The position numbers and the translations under genes are program-made. From Neoechinorhynchus agilis (lineage: Eukaryota; Animalia; Acanthocephala), in the NCBI GenBank assembly GCA_051530055.1, contig CM121342.1, positions 4,649,489-4,713,488 on the forward strand: a stretch of DNA of 64,000 bases, written 5' to 3'. Positions 48,709 through 61,136 of the stretch are shown one piece after another. The notes below the pieces were generated by a model. It saw only the letters and a list, made by a program, of their open reading frames with translations. It ran no database searches and was not told the origin of the DNA. Within the stretch, counting starts at the first letter, position 1. Every line of letters begins with the position of its first letter.

Positions 48709-49680
48709 TTATTTGTATTCAATTTTTTTAGCGGCAATTTTATGTTCGTAATCAATACGATCGGTTCCCTTGATTGGATTGCTGCAGCCTTTCTCTATTA
48801 TTCTGGATCCTTTTGAATCAGTAACACAAAATCTAAACTTTTCAATACCATTACAGGCGGCACCTATATTTCCTTTGTGATCCATCGCCAATACAGCTCC
48901 CCTGAAATTTTTATCCACTTTTGCCATCTCTTTTATTGAGTCTTGGGCGGCTAATCCGGCACTTGAACCATTGAGCATTCGATGAACGACATAAAAAGAA
49001 GGACAGAATCGCATCATAAAATCCCCATCTCCAGTCGCAACTGCTCCTCCAACGCCATTTTTAGCGTATCCACCACTGCCAATGATTGGAGTGTCTCCAA
49101 CCCTTCCTGGGATTTTATGTTGAAGTCCATTGGTCGAACATCCTACGGCTATGTCGCCATTTTTGTCTAAAGCAATTACTCCAATGGTATCGTGATTTTC
49201 CGAATCGATATCTCGTCTAAAGTCCTGTCGAAAATTCGGTTTCTTACCAGCAGTCAACCACTTCTTGTACTCTTGCGTTGAGTAATCACTTTTCAAATCA
49301 CATTGTTTGAAGCCCATTTCAAGTGCAAACTTCGTCGCATCTTCTCCAACCAGAAATGAATGTTTAGTTCGTTCCATCACTGTCCTAGCTAACTTAGTAG
49401 CTTCTTCAATACGTCGAAGACAACCAACTGCTCCAGCACGCATCGATCGACCATCCATTACCATTGCGTCGAGACTCACTTCACCCGACTCGTCCGTTTT
49501 CCCGAATTTTCCAACACACGTCCTTTCAGGGTTACTTTCACATGCTGAACATCCCTGGACAACAGCGTCCAGAGAATTTCCACCCACATGAATGGCATTA
49601 TAACCCTCTTTTGCGGCTTCAGGAAAGTCCCAAGTGCTGATAACAATGGGATCCACCGACTTTTTTGAAAAGAAATTCAT
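48709..49680 (-). CDS. AGA: N(4)-(beta-N-acetylglucosaminyl)-L-asparaginase (aspartylglucosaminidase)
   Basis: PIVISTW, LDAV..GCSACE, DESGEVSLDAMVMDG, GAVGCLRRI, autocleavage site HDTIG, STNG..HKIPGRVGDTPIIGSG and ATGDGD.MMRF.PS. Confidence 0.95.
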   Translation of the reverse strand: MNFFSKKSVDPIVISTWDFPEAAKEGYNAIHVGGNSLDAVVQGCSACESNPERTCVGKFGKTDESGEVSLDAMVMDGRSMRAGAVGCLRRIEEATKLARTVMERTKHSFLVGEDATKFALEMGFKQCDLKSDYSTQEYKKWLTAGKKPNFRQDFRRDIDSENHDTIGVIALDKNGDIAVGCSTNGLQHKIPGRVGDTPIIGSGGYAKNGVGGAVATGDGDFMMRFCPSFYVVHRMLNGSSAGLAAQDSIKEMAKVDKNFRGAVLAMDHKGNIGAACNGIEKFRFCVTDSKGSRIIEKGCSNPIKGTDRIDYEHKIAAKKIEYK

Positions 49681-49968
49681 CTAAATAATATTCGAACCGT
49701 CGCCGAACCGACAAAAAAACAAACGTCTTGAGCATCCACAGAGCATAAAATGGAGATCGATGGCTAAAACAATGAGGAAATCTGTTTGACTTTTATGAAA
49801 CAAATCCCTTTCTAACCGAACTACTTTGCGAAAAAACCCATATTCTCGCAATGTGATATTATAAATAGTACCGAATGCTAAGAAAATATATCTATCAAAG
49901 CAATCAGCAAGGTCAATAAAAACTAACGAATTAGAGATATGGTCTTTATTTTCGTCAAACTCATCCAC
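49681..49968 (-). CDS. 95-aa ORF abutting AGA in frame (TAG-ATG junction); small gene or upstream exon
   Basis: ATG-initiated; its stop TAG is directly followed by the AGA ATG. Confidence 0.35.
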   Translation of the reverse strand: MDEFDENKDHISNSLVFIDLADCFDRYIFLAFGTIYNITLREYGFFRKVVRLERDLFHKSQTDFLIVLAIDLHFMLCGCSRRLFFCRFGDGSNII

Positions 49969-50016
49969 TATGCCAAAGACTCTTCGCTTTCTTCAATGTT
50001 TAGCAACGCAAAGTGT

Positions 50017-52044
50017 CGTTTTTAAAGCTGAAAAAACTTCCAAATAATCGAATTTTTAGCGTAGAATTCCGCTATGATAGAGAGATTTTGGATAAAACAC
50101 ACTTTTCTTCTCTTTTTTAATGTTTAGAAGGGCATCGTTTCGTTTTTAAAGCTAAAAAACTTCCAAATAATCGAATTTTAAGCGTAGAATTCTGCTATGA
50201 TAGAGAGATTTTGGATAAAACACACTTTTCTTCTCTTTTTTAATGTTTAGAAAGGCATCGTTTCGTTTTTAAAGCTAAAAAACTTCTAAATAATCGAATT
50301 TTAAGCGTAGAATTCCGCTATGATAGAGAGATTTTGGATAAAACACACTTTTCTTCTCTTTTTTAATGTTTAGAAGGGCATCGTTTCGTTTTTAAAGCTA
50401 AAAAACTTCTAAATAATCGAATTTTAAGCGTAGAATTCCGCTATGATAGAGAGATTTTGGATAAAACACACTTTTCTTCTCTTTTTTAATGTTTAGAAGG
50501 GCATCGTTTCGTTTTTAAAGCTAAAAAACTTCTAAATAATCGAATTTTAAGCGTAGAATTCTGCTGTGATAGAGAGATTTTGGATAAAACACACTTTTCT
50601 TCTCTTTTTTAATGTTTAGAAGGGCATCGTTTCGTTTTTAAAGCTAAAAAACTTCTAAATAATCGAATTTTAAGCGTAGAATTCTGCTATGATAGAGAGA
50701 TTTTGGATAAAACACACTTTTCTTCTCTTTTTTAATGTTTAGAAGGGCATCGTTTCGTTTTTAAAGCTAAAAAACTTCTAAATAATCGAATTTTAAGCGT
50801 AGAATTCTGCTATGATAGAGAGATTTTGGATAAAACACACTTTTCTTCTCTTTTTAATGTTTAGAAGGGCATCGTTTCGTTTTTAAAGCTAAAAAACTTC
50901 TAAATAATCGAATTTTAAGCGTAGAATTCCGCTATGATAGAGAGATTTTGGATAAAACACACTTTTCTTCTCTTTTTTAATGTTTAGAAGGGCATCGTTT
51001 CGTTTTTAAAGCTAAAAAACTTCTAAATAATCGAATTTTAAGCGTAGAATTCTGCTGTGATAGAGAGATTTTGGATAAAACACACTTTTCTTCTCTTTTT
51101 TAATGTTTAGAAGGGCATCGTTTCGTTTTTAAAGCTAAAAAACTTCTAAATAATCGAATTTTAAGCGTAGAATTCTGCTATGATAGAGAGATTTTGGATA
51201 AAACACACTTTTCTTCTCTTTTAATGTTTAGAAGGGCATCGTTTCGTTTTTAAGCTAAAAAACTTCTAAATAATCGAATTTTAAGCGTAGAATTCTGCTT
51301 GATAGAGAGATTTTGGATAAAACACACTTTTCTTCTCTTTTTTAATGTTTAGAAGGGCATCGTTTCGTTTTTAAAGCTAAAAAACTTCTAAATAATCGAA
51401 TTTTAAGCGTAGAATTCTGCTATGATAGAGAGATTTTGGATAAAACACACTTTTCTTCTCTTTTTTAATGTTTAGAAGGGCATCGTTTCGTTTTTAAAGC
51501 TAAAAAACTTCTAAATAATCGAATTTTAAGCGTAGAATTCTGCTATGATAGAGAGATTTTGGATAAAACACACTTTTCTTCTCTTTTTTAATGTTTAGAA
51601 GGGCATCGTTTCGTTTTTAAAGCTAAAAAACTTCTAAATAATCGAATTTTAAGCGTAGAATTCCGCTATGATAGAGAGATTTTGGATAAAACACACTTTT
51701 CTTCTCTTTTTAATGTTTAGAAGGCATGTTTCGTTTTTAAAGCTAAAAAACTTCTAATAATCGAATTTTAAGCGTAGAATTCTGCTGATAGAGAGATTTT
51801 GGATAAAACACACTTTTCTTCTCTTTTTTAATGTTTAGAAGGGCATCGTTTCGTTTTTAAAGCTAAAAAACTTCTAAATAATCGAATTTTAAGCGTAGAA
51901 TTCTGCTGTGATAGAGAGATTTTGGATAAAACACACTTTTCTTCTCTTTTTTAATGTTTAGAAGGGCATCGTTTCGTTTTTAAAGCTAAAAAACTTCCAA
52001 ATAATCGAATTTTAAGCGTAGAATTCCGCTATGATAGAGAGATT
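50017..52044. repeat. Satellite I, ~123-bp unit, ~16 copies
   Basis: GTTTTTAAAGCTAAAAAACTTCTAAATAATCG repeats at 122-123 spacing. Confidence 0.97.
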
Positions 52045-52867
52045 CTGAGCTAAGAAGGGGTAATGGTCCGTGTAATTGGGAATCGGACAAATGATTTGCC
52101 GTCTAAACTTTTCAATTTAAAGAAAAGTCTTCCTATTTTAGTCAAAGTAAAAATTCGTAGGTACAAAATGGATAGGTAAATGTCCATCAAAATCTCGTTT
52201 CTTGGATAGAATAGACACTATGGGCACAATTGCAAGAGAGTGATACGCTTGAGAAGTTATATATAATGGTTTCGTCATGTCGAGAGATATTGTCAGTTGT
52301 CCGGTGGATTTGAGACAAGGAAATTCAGGTAAAATCGAAGTCTACTTACGGATTTGTGGGTTTCGATGGTCACATGATTCAACTTGGAAATTAGATTAAT
52401 TTAGAACACTGTGTTTCTGAGTTAACGAGCTGCAAAATATGATCTCTGAAGGACGATCTCGCTATGTTCTGATTAAAGAAGTTGAGAAGAATGCGGGGAC
52501 TATCGGAATGAAAGGGATTGTGAGCTTGGACGACGAATAGTTCTTGACAAGTTTTCGAAGGTCCAGTTTCCAGTAATTATTTTTGAAACTTTGATCATCG
52601 AAAACTTTATTTGTTCCTTTCATGAAGATCTTTGATAAAATGTTTTTCGACTTAATTAAAACCAACGATTGAACTTTTCTACATGCCTCGGCATTGATTT
52701 TTCGCGAATCGAAGTTGCAATGTTAAGCGACCGTGCGAATATCTCAAATTTTAATTAGATCGGTTTAATCGTTTATCGTGACAAATAGCTTTTTAGATCC
52801 AATTGAATGCGTTCAAATTTCTGTGATTGGTATTACCCGGGAATTGGATCAAAACACCCTGGTGTCA

Positions 52868-55781
52868 ATCAAGGTCATTGAACACTGCGACAATTGAGAA
52901 AGATCGTTTTGTACTTGGTAAATTTGAGCCGGACGAATGGATTAATGGCGGGTTTTCATGGTATTCCCGATGCCATGAGTTTTATCCGTTTATTATTGAG
53001 GAGATAACCGTCGTGAAGTCTTAAAGTCCGAATTATCGAAACTTTATGGTTTCAGAAATGTCGATCAAGGTCATTGAACACTGCGACAATTGAGAAAGAT
53101 CGTTTTGTACTTGGTAAATTTGAGCCGGACGAATGGATTAATGGCGGGTTTTCATGGTATTCTCGATGCCATGAGTTTTATCCGTTTATTATTGAGGAGA
53201 TAACCGTCGTGAAGTCTTAAAGTCCGAATTATCGAAACTTTATGGTTTCAGAAATGTCGATCAAGGTCATTGAACACTGCGACAATTGAGAAAGATCGTT
53301 TTGTACTTGGTAAATTTGAGCCGGACGAATGGATTAATGGCGGGTTTTCATGGTATTCTCGATGCCATGAGTTTTATCCGTTTATTATTGAGGAGATAAC
53401 CGTCGTGAAGTCTTAAAGTCCGAATTATCGAAACTTTATGGTTTCAGAAATGTCGATCAAGGTCATTGAACACTGCGACAATTGAGAAAGATCGTTTTGT
53501 ACTTGGTAAATTTGAGTCGGACGAATGGATTAATGGCGGGTTTTCATGGTATTCCCGATGCCATGAGTTTTATCCGTTTATTATTGAGGAGATAACCGTC
53601 GTGAAGTCTTAAAGTCCGAATTATCGAAACTTTATGGTTTCAGAAATGTCGATCAAGGTCATTGAACACTGCGACAATTGAGAAAGATCGTTTTGTACTT
53701 GGTAAATTTGAGTCGGACGAATGGATTAATGGCGGGTTTTCATGGTATTTTGATGCCATGAGTTTTATCCGTTTATTATTGAGGAGATAACCGTCGTGAA
53801 GTCTTAAAGTCCGAATTATCGAAACTTTATGGTTTCAGAAATGTCGATCAAGGTCATTGAACACTGCGACAATTGAGAAAGATCGTTTTGTACTTGGTAA
53901 ATTTGAGCCGGACGAATGGATTAATGGCGGGTTTTCATGGTATTCCCGATGCCATGAGTTTTATCCGTTTATTATTGAGGAGATAACCGTCGTGAAGTCT
54001 TAAAGTCCGAATTATCGAAACTTTATGGTTTCAGAAATGTCGATCAAGGTCATTGAACACTGCGACAATTGAGAAAGATCGTTTTGTACTTGGTAAATTT
54101 GAGCCGGACGAATGGATTAATGGCGGGTTTTCATGGTATTCCCGATGCCATGAGTTTTATCCGTTTATTATTGAGGAGATAACCGTCGTGAAGTCTTAAA
54201 GTCCGAATTATCGAAACTTTATGGTTTCAGAAATGTCGATCAAGGTCATTGAACACTGCGACAATTGAGAAAGATCGTTTTGTACTTGGTAAATTTGAGT
54301 CGGACGAATGGATTAATGGCGGGTTTTCATGGTATTCCCGATGCCATGAGTTTTATCCGTTTATTATTGAGGAGATAACCGTCGTGAAGTCTTAAAGTCC
54401 GAATTATCGAAACTTTATGGTTTCAGAAATGTCGATCAAGGTCATTGAACACTGCGACAATTGAGAAAGATCGTTTTGTACTTGGTAAATTTGAGTCGGA
54501 CGAATGGATTAATGGCGGGTTTTCATGGTATTCCCGATGCCATGAGTTTTATCCGTTTATTATTGAGGAGATAACCGTCGTGAAGTCTTAAAGTCCGAAT
54601 TATCGAAACTTTATGGTTTCAGAAATGTCGATCAAGGTCATTGAACACTGCGACAATTGAGAAAGATCGTTTTGTACTTGGTAAATTTGAGCCGGACGAA
54701 TGGATTAATGGCGGGTTTTCATGGTATTCCCGATGCCATGAGTTTTATCCGTTTATTATTGAGGAGATAACCGTCGTGAAGTCTTAAAGTCCGAATTATC
54801 GAAACTTTATGGTTTCAGAAATGTCGATCAAGGTCATTGAACACTGCGACAATTGAGAAAGATCGTTTTGTACTTGGTAAATTTGAGTCGGACGAATGGA
54901 TTAATGGCGGGTTTTCATGGTATTCCCGATGCCATGAGTTTTATCCGTTTATTATTGAGGAGATAACCGTCGTGAAGTCTTAAAGTCCGAATTATCGAAA
55001 CTATGGTTTCAGAAATGTCGATCAAGGTCATTGAACACTGCGACAATTGAGAAAGATCGTTTTGTACTTGGTAAATTTGAGCCGGACGAATGGATTAATG
55101 GCGGGTTTTCATGGTATTCCCGATGCCATGAGTTTTATCCGTTTATTATTGAGGAGATAACCGTCGTGAAGTCTTAAAGTCCGAATTATCGAAACTTTAT
55201 GGTTTCAGAAATGTCGATCAAGGTCATTGAACACTGCGACAATTGAGAAAGATCGTTTTGTACTTGGTAAATTTGAGCCGGACGAATGGATTAATGGCGG
55301 GTTTTCATGGTATTCCCGATGCCATGAGTTTTATCCGTTTATTATTGAAGAGATAACCGTCGTGAAGTCTTAAAGTCCGAATTATCGAAACTTTATGGTT
55401 TCAGAAATGTCGATCAAGGTCATTGAACACTGCGACAATTGAGAAAGATCGTTTTGTACTTGGTAAATTTGAGTCGGACGAATGGATTAATGGCGGGTCA
55501 TGGTATTCTCGATGCCATGAGTTTTATCCGTTTATTATTGAGGAGATAACCGTCGTGAAGTCTTAAAGTCCGAATTATCGAAACTTTATGGTTTCAGAAA
55601 TGTCGATCAAGGTCATTGAACACTGCGACAATTGAGAAAGATCGTTTTGTACTTGGTAAATTTGAGCCGGACGAATGAATTAATGGCGGGTTTTCATGGT
55701 ATTCCCGATGCCATGAGTTTTATCCGTTTATTATTGAGGAGATAACCGTCGGGAGGTCTTAAAGTCCGAATTATCGAAACT
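52868..55781. repeat. Satellite J, 196-bp unit, ~15 highly homogeneous copies
   Basis: TCAAGGTCATTGAACAC at 52869, 53065 and 53261. Confidence 0.97.
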
Positions 55782-57080
55782 CCAAAGTCCAGACAAAAAA
55801 GAGAAAATCCTGGTAATTATTTTCGGTCTAAGAGCCGCCGTGTTTCCATACAACTGGTAATAATTGATCCTCGCCGCCGTTTTTAGATATCGCATCAGTT
55901 CCTGACCAGATTTCAGACATACAAAACGCATTTTTACGGACTTTTTGGGACGGATCGCACACCATGCAGACTTTTTTGCGAGACGCTGGAGTCCAACTGA
56001 CTTTGCGCCCGAAGCTTCCTGAAGATTCTACGTGAATTTTAAAATGTAAGTTTTTTATTTGTACATTCACTTTTGAGGGAATTTCTGTGTCGAATTGGTC
56101 GAGAGAATGGATTTCACAATCGACAGAAGATTTGCTCTAGAGATAATTCGCCAAATCAATTGGTGTTCGAGCGAAACCGTTGTATTTGAATGCACCAATA
56201 ATATTTGGGCTAATCGAACCGTGAATCAGAAGCAGTATTGCGTGACGGTAAAACTAATGTCCGATTCAATTATTGAGGATAAACAAATCGTAATTTGACT
56301 ATAAGAATAAAGCTGTAATTGAGAAATACGAGACGGTGAATTAACGGAATTAAAAAGGTGAGTTCTTAACCTTTTTTGGAACTCTTTATAGTCGAGCTGC
56401 TTGAAATATCAATCGATAAATGAACTTTTTGGACGTGGTAAGTTCCGAGAAATGTTTGATCTAACGATGATTTCCTAGTTTCAGGCCAACTTCAAACTAT
56501 TTGTTTATTTTCCAAAAGTAGCACTTTTTTTTATGAACTTCAATGATAAAATCGCAATTTTAGATAGAATGCCAAAATAAACCTTTTGCTTTGGATTTTC
56601 TAGATTCACAAGTCCACTATAAATTCAAAGAACATTTATAGACTCTAGAGGCCTAATTCAGGTACTGATCGAAAAGTTGAAGTTAATAATCCATTCGAAC
56701 GTTCGTTGTTTCTAACACTGACCATCGATAAATACAAGAACTCTTCACAAAATCTATCTTTCTGAAATGCTAGTCCAGAAAATATTGTTTCTTCATGAAA
56801 CTTCTGACAAAGATGGATCGAAATATGTCTTATCCGGGCGCACCACATCTCTAAATTTCATTCGTGATGATAAAATTGTGGAGATCATAATCTGAATCTA
56901 AATATTTCGAAAGAAGAAGCCTCATCAGCCATCTTAAAATGAACAGGAGAGAGTATGCTCACCGATTGGGATTCATTTCCGATATTTCACCAGAAAAACA
57001 ATGACAAATTCATGGGAAAATGTCGGGATTATCCGAGAGCTGAAATATCAATACTAAGTCCAATACTTTCATGGATGATT

Positions 57081-60000
57081 AAGAAAATCCTTTAGGACGT
57101 GGTGACCATAATCCTTATCCTAATTTCCGATTATTTCACACTAAACAATCACCAGCCTACAGGAAAGCTTGAAATGTTTAAAATTAAGAAGGTGTACTTT
57201 TCACCCCACTTATTCGAAGAACCGAAAACACAATCCGAGAAGGGACGAGGATCACTTCAAGAAAATCCTTTAGGACGTGGTGACCATAATCCTTATCCTA
57301 ATTTCCGATTATTTCACACCAAACAATCACCAGCCTACAGGAAAGGTTGAAATGTTTAAAATTAAGAAGGTGTACTTTTCATTGGTGGGGGTGAAAATCC
57401 TTTGGACGTGGTGACCATAATCCTTATCCTAATTTCCGATTATTTCACACCAAACAATCACCAGCCCACAGGAAGCTTGAAATGTTTAAAATTAAGAAGG
57501 TGTACTTTTCACCCCACTTATTCGAAGAACCGAAAACACAGTCCGAGAAGGGACGAGGATCACTTCAAGAAAATCCTTTAGGACGTGGTGACCATAATCC
57601 TTATCCTAATTTCCGATTATTTCACACCAAACAATCACCAGCCTACAGGAAAGGTTGAAATGTTTAAAATTAAGAAGGTGAACTTTTCACCCCACTTATT
57701 CGAAGAACCGAAAACACAGTCCGAGAAGGGACGAGGATCACTTCAAGAAAATCCTTTAGGACGTGGTGACCATAATCCTTATCCTAATTTCCGATTATTT
57801 CACACCAAACAATCACCAGCCTACAGGAAAGCTTGAAATGTTTAAAATTAAGAAGGTGAACTTTTCACCCCACTTATTCGAAGAACCGAAAACACAGTCC
57901 GAGAAGGGACGAGGATCACTTCAAGAAAATCCTTTAGGACGTGGTGACCATAATCCTTATCCTAATTTCCGATTATTTCACACCAAACAATCACCAGCCT
58001 ACAGGAAAGGTTGAAATGTTTAAAATTAAGAAGGTGTACTTTCACCCCACTTATTCGAAGAACCGAAAACACAATCCGAGAAGGGACGAGGATCACTTCA
58101 AGAAAATCCTTTAGGACGTGGTGACCATAATCCTTATCCTAATTTCCGATTATTTCACACCAAACAATCACCAGCCCACAGGAAAGGTTGAAATGTTTAA
58201 AATTAAGAAGGTGTACTTTTCACCCCACTTATTCGAAGAACCGAAAACACAATCCGAGAAGGGACGAGGATCACTTCAAGAAAATCCTTTAGGACGTGGT
58301 GACCATAATCCTTATCCTAATTTCCGATTATTTCACACCAAACAATCACCAGCCCACAGGAAAGGTTGAAATGTTTAAAATTAAGAAGGTGTACTTTTCA
58401 CCCCACTTATTCGAAGAACCGAAAACACAGTCCGAGAAGGGACGAGGATCACTTCAAGAAAATCCTTTAGGACGTGGTGACCATAATCCTTATCCTAATT
58501 TCCGATTATTTCACACCAAACAATCACCAGCCTACAGGAAAGGTTGAAATGTTTAAAATTAAGAAGGTGTACTTTTCACCCCACTTATTCGAAGAACCGA
58601 AAACACAGTCCGAGAAGGGACGAGGATCACTTCAAGAAAATCCTTTAGGACGTGGTGACCATAATCCTTATCCTAATTTCCGATTATTTCACACCAAACA
58701 ATCACCAGCCTACAGGAAAGGTTGAAATGTTTAAAATTAAGAAGGTGTACTTTTCACCCCACTTATTCGAAGAACCGAAAACACAGTCCGAGAAGGGACG
58801 AGGATCACTTCAAGAAAATCCTTTAGGACGTGGTGACCATAATCCTTATCCTAATTTCCGATTATTTCACACCAAACAATCACCAGCCTACAGGAAAGGT
58901 TGAAATGTTTAAAATTAAGAAGGTGTACTTTTCACCCCACTTATTCGAAGAACCGAAAACACAGTCCGAGAAGGGACGAGGATCACTTCAAGAAAATCCT
59001 TTAGGACGTGGTGACCATAATCCTTATCCTAATTTCCGATTATTTCACACCAAACAATCACCAGCCTACAGGAAAGGTTGAAATGTTTAAAATTAAGAAG
59101 GTGTACTTTTCACCCCACTTATTCGAAGAACCGAAAACACAGTCCGAGAAGGGACGAGGATCACTTCAAGAAAATCCTTTAGGACGTGGTGACCATAATC
59201 CTTATCCTAATTTCCGATTATTTCACACCAAACAATCACCAGCCCACAGGAAAGGTTGAAATGTTTAAAATTAAGAAGGTGAACTTTTCACCCCACTTAT
59301 TCGAAGAACCGAAAACACAATCCGAGAAGGGACGAGGATCACTTCAAGAAAATCCTTTAGGACGTGGTGACCATAATCCTTATCCTAATTTCCGATTATT
59401 TCACACCAAACAATCACCAGCCCACAGGAAAGGTTGAAATGTTTAAAATTAAGAAGGTGTACTTTTCACCCCATTATTCGAAGAACCGAAAACACAATCC
59501 GAGAAGGGACGAGGATCACTTCAAGAAAATCCTTTAGGACGTGGTGACCATAATCCTTATCCTAATTTCCGATTATTTCACACCAAACAATCACCAGCCT
59601 ACAGGAAAGGTTGAAATGTTTAAAATTAAGAAGGTGTACTTTTCACCCCACTTATTCGAAGAACCGAAAACACAATCCGAGAAGGGACGAGGATCACTTC
59701 AAGAAAATCCTTTAGGACGTGGTGACCATAATCCTTATCCTAATTTCCGATTATTTCACACCAAACAATCACCAGCCTACAGGAAAGGTTGAAATGTTTA
59801 AAATTAAGAAGGTGTACTTTTCACCCCACTTATTCGAAGAACCGAAAACACAATCCGAGAAGGGACGAGGATCACTTCAAGAAAATCCTTTAGGACGTGG
59901 TGACCATAATCCTTATCCTAATTTCCGATTATTTCACACCAAACAATCACCAGCCTACAGGAAAGGTTGAAATGTTTAAAATTAAGAAGGTGTACTTTTC

Positions 60001-60775
60001 ACCCCACTTATTCGAAGAACCGAAAACACAGTCCGAGAAGGGACGAGGATCACTTCAAGAAAATCCTTTAGGACGTGGTGACCATAATCCTTATCCTAAT
60101 TTCCGATTATTTCACACCAAACAATCACCAGCCTACAGGAAAGGTTGAAATGTTTAAAATTAAGAAGGTGTACTTTTCACCCCACTTATTCGAAGAACGA
60201 AAACACAGTCCGAGAAGGGACGAGGATCACTTCAAGAAAATCCTTTAGGACGTGGTGACCATAATCCTTATCCTAATTTCCGATTATTTCACACCAAACA
60301 ATCACCAGCCCACAGGAAAGGTTGAAATGTTTAAAATTAAGAAGGTGTACTTTTCACCCCACTTATTCGAAGAACCGAAAACACAGTCCGAGAAGGGACG
60401 AGGATCACTTCAAGAAAATCCTTTAGGACGTGGTGACCATAATCCTTATCCTAATTTCCGATTATTTCACACCAAACAATCACCAGCCCACAGGAAAGCT
60501 TGAAATGTTTAAAATTAAGAAGGTGAATTTTCACCCCACTTATTCGAAGAACCGAAAACACAGTCCGAGAAGGGACGAGGATCACTTCAAGAAAATCCTT
60601 TAGGACGTGGTGACCATAATCCTTATCCTAATTTCCGATTATTTCACACCAAACAATCACCAGCCTACAGGAAAGCTTGAAATGTTTAAAATTAAGAAGG
60701 TGTACTTTTCACCCCACTTATTCGAAGAACCGAAAACACAGTCCGAGAAGGGACGAGGATCACTTCAAGAAAATC
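57081..60775. repeat. Satellite K, 178-bp unit, ~21 copies
   Basis: GAAAATCCTTTAGGACGTGGTGACC repeats; the ORF track shows 178-bp periodicity. Confidence 0.97.
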
Positions 60776-61136
60776 TTATTCTCCCAATATTTGGTGATGT
60801 TCAAATTGAAAGAGGTATAAATCGTCAAAATTCCTTTTTTAAAGTCTTTAAGAGTCCGCGGGATCTCTTGTAGTCGATCGTTCGATGGCACAAACGGTAA
60901 AGTTCGTCCGAATATTCTGGAAGCAATCAGATACAGACTCGCGCCAGGCGACTACTTGGTTATCGACGATGCATTATATCCTTTATAAGGGTGTGTGTGA
61001 TGTTTAGGCTGTGGCAGTGTGCGTTTGTGTCCGACTAACGCGCCCCTCCATAGTCAGCGTAGCGTGGCAGCGATAACCAGCATTGAATATATTTCCTTCG
61101 TTTCAATCTTTGTAAATCTTCTCTTGCTTCGTCTAG

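Noticed and set aside
52827-56298. Satellite J as a tandemly duplicated exon of a plus-strand gene
   Set aside because: Flanks look weakly coding, but the candidate 58-nt exon is not frame-preserving and I recognise no homology; transcript data are needed.
57095-57110. TGGTGACC in satellite K resembling the TRIM PBS
   Set aside because: Only 8 nt match, with no adjacent LTR end or PPT.
5117-60775. Possible CRISPR arrays
   Set aside because: All arrays are long homogeneous monomers without unique spacers, there are no cas genes, and the context is eukaryotic.
57099-60873. Many identical 83-aa ORFs (MVTIILILISD...)
   Set aside because: By-product of a 178-bp unit that is not a multiple of 3, with GTG starts and no protein signature.
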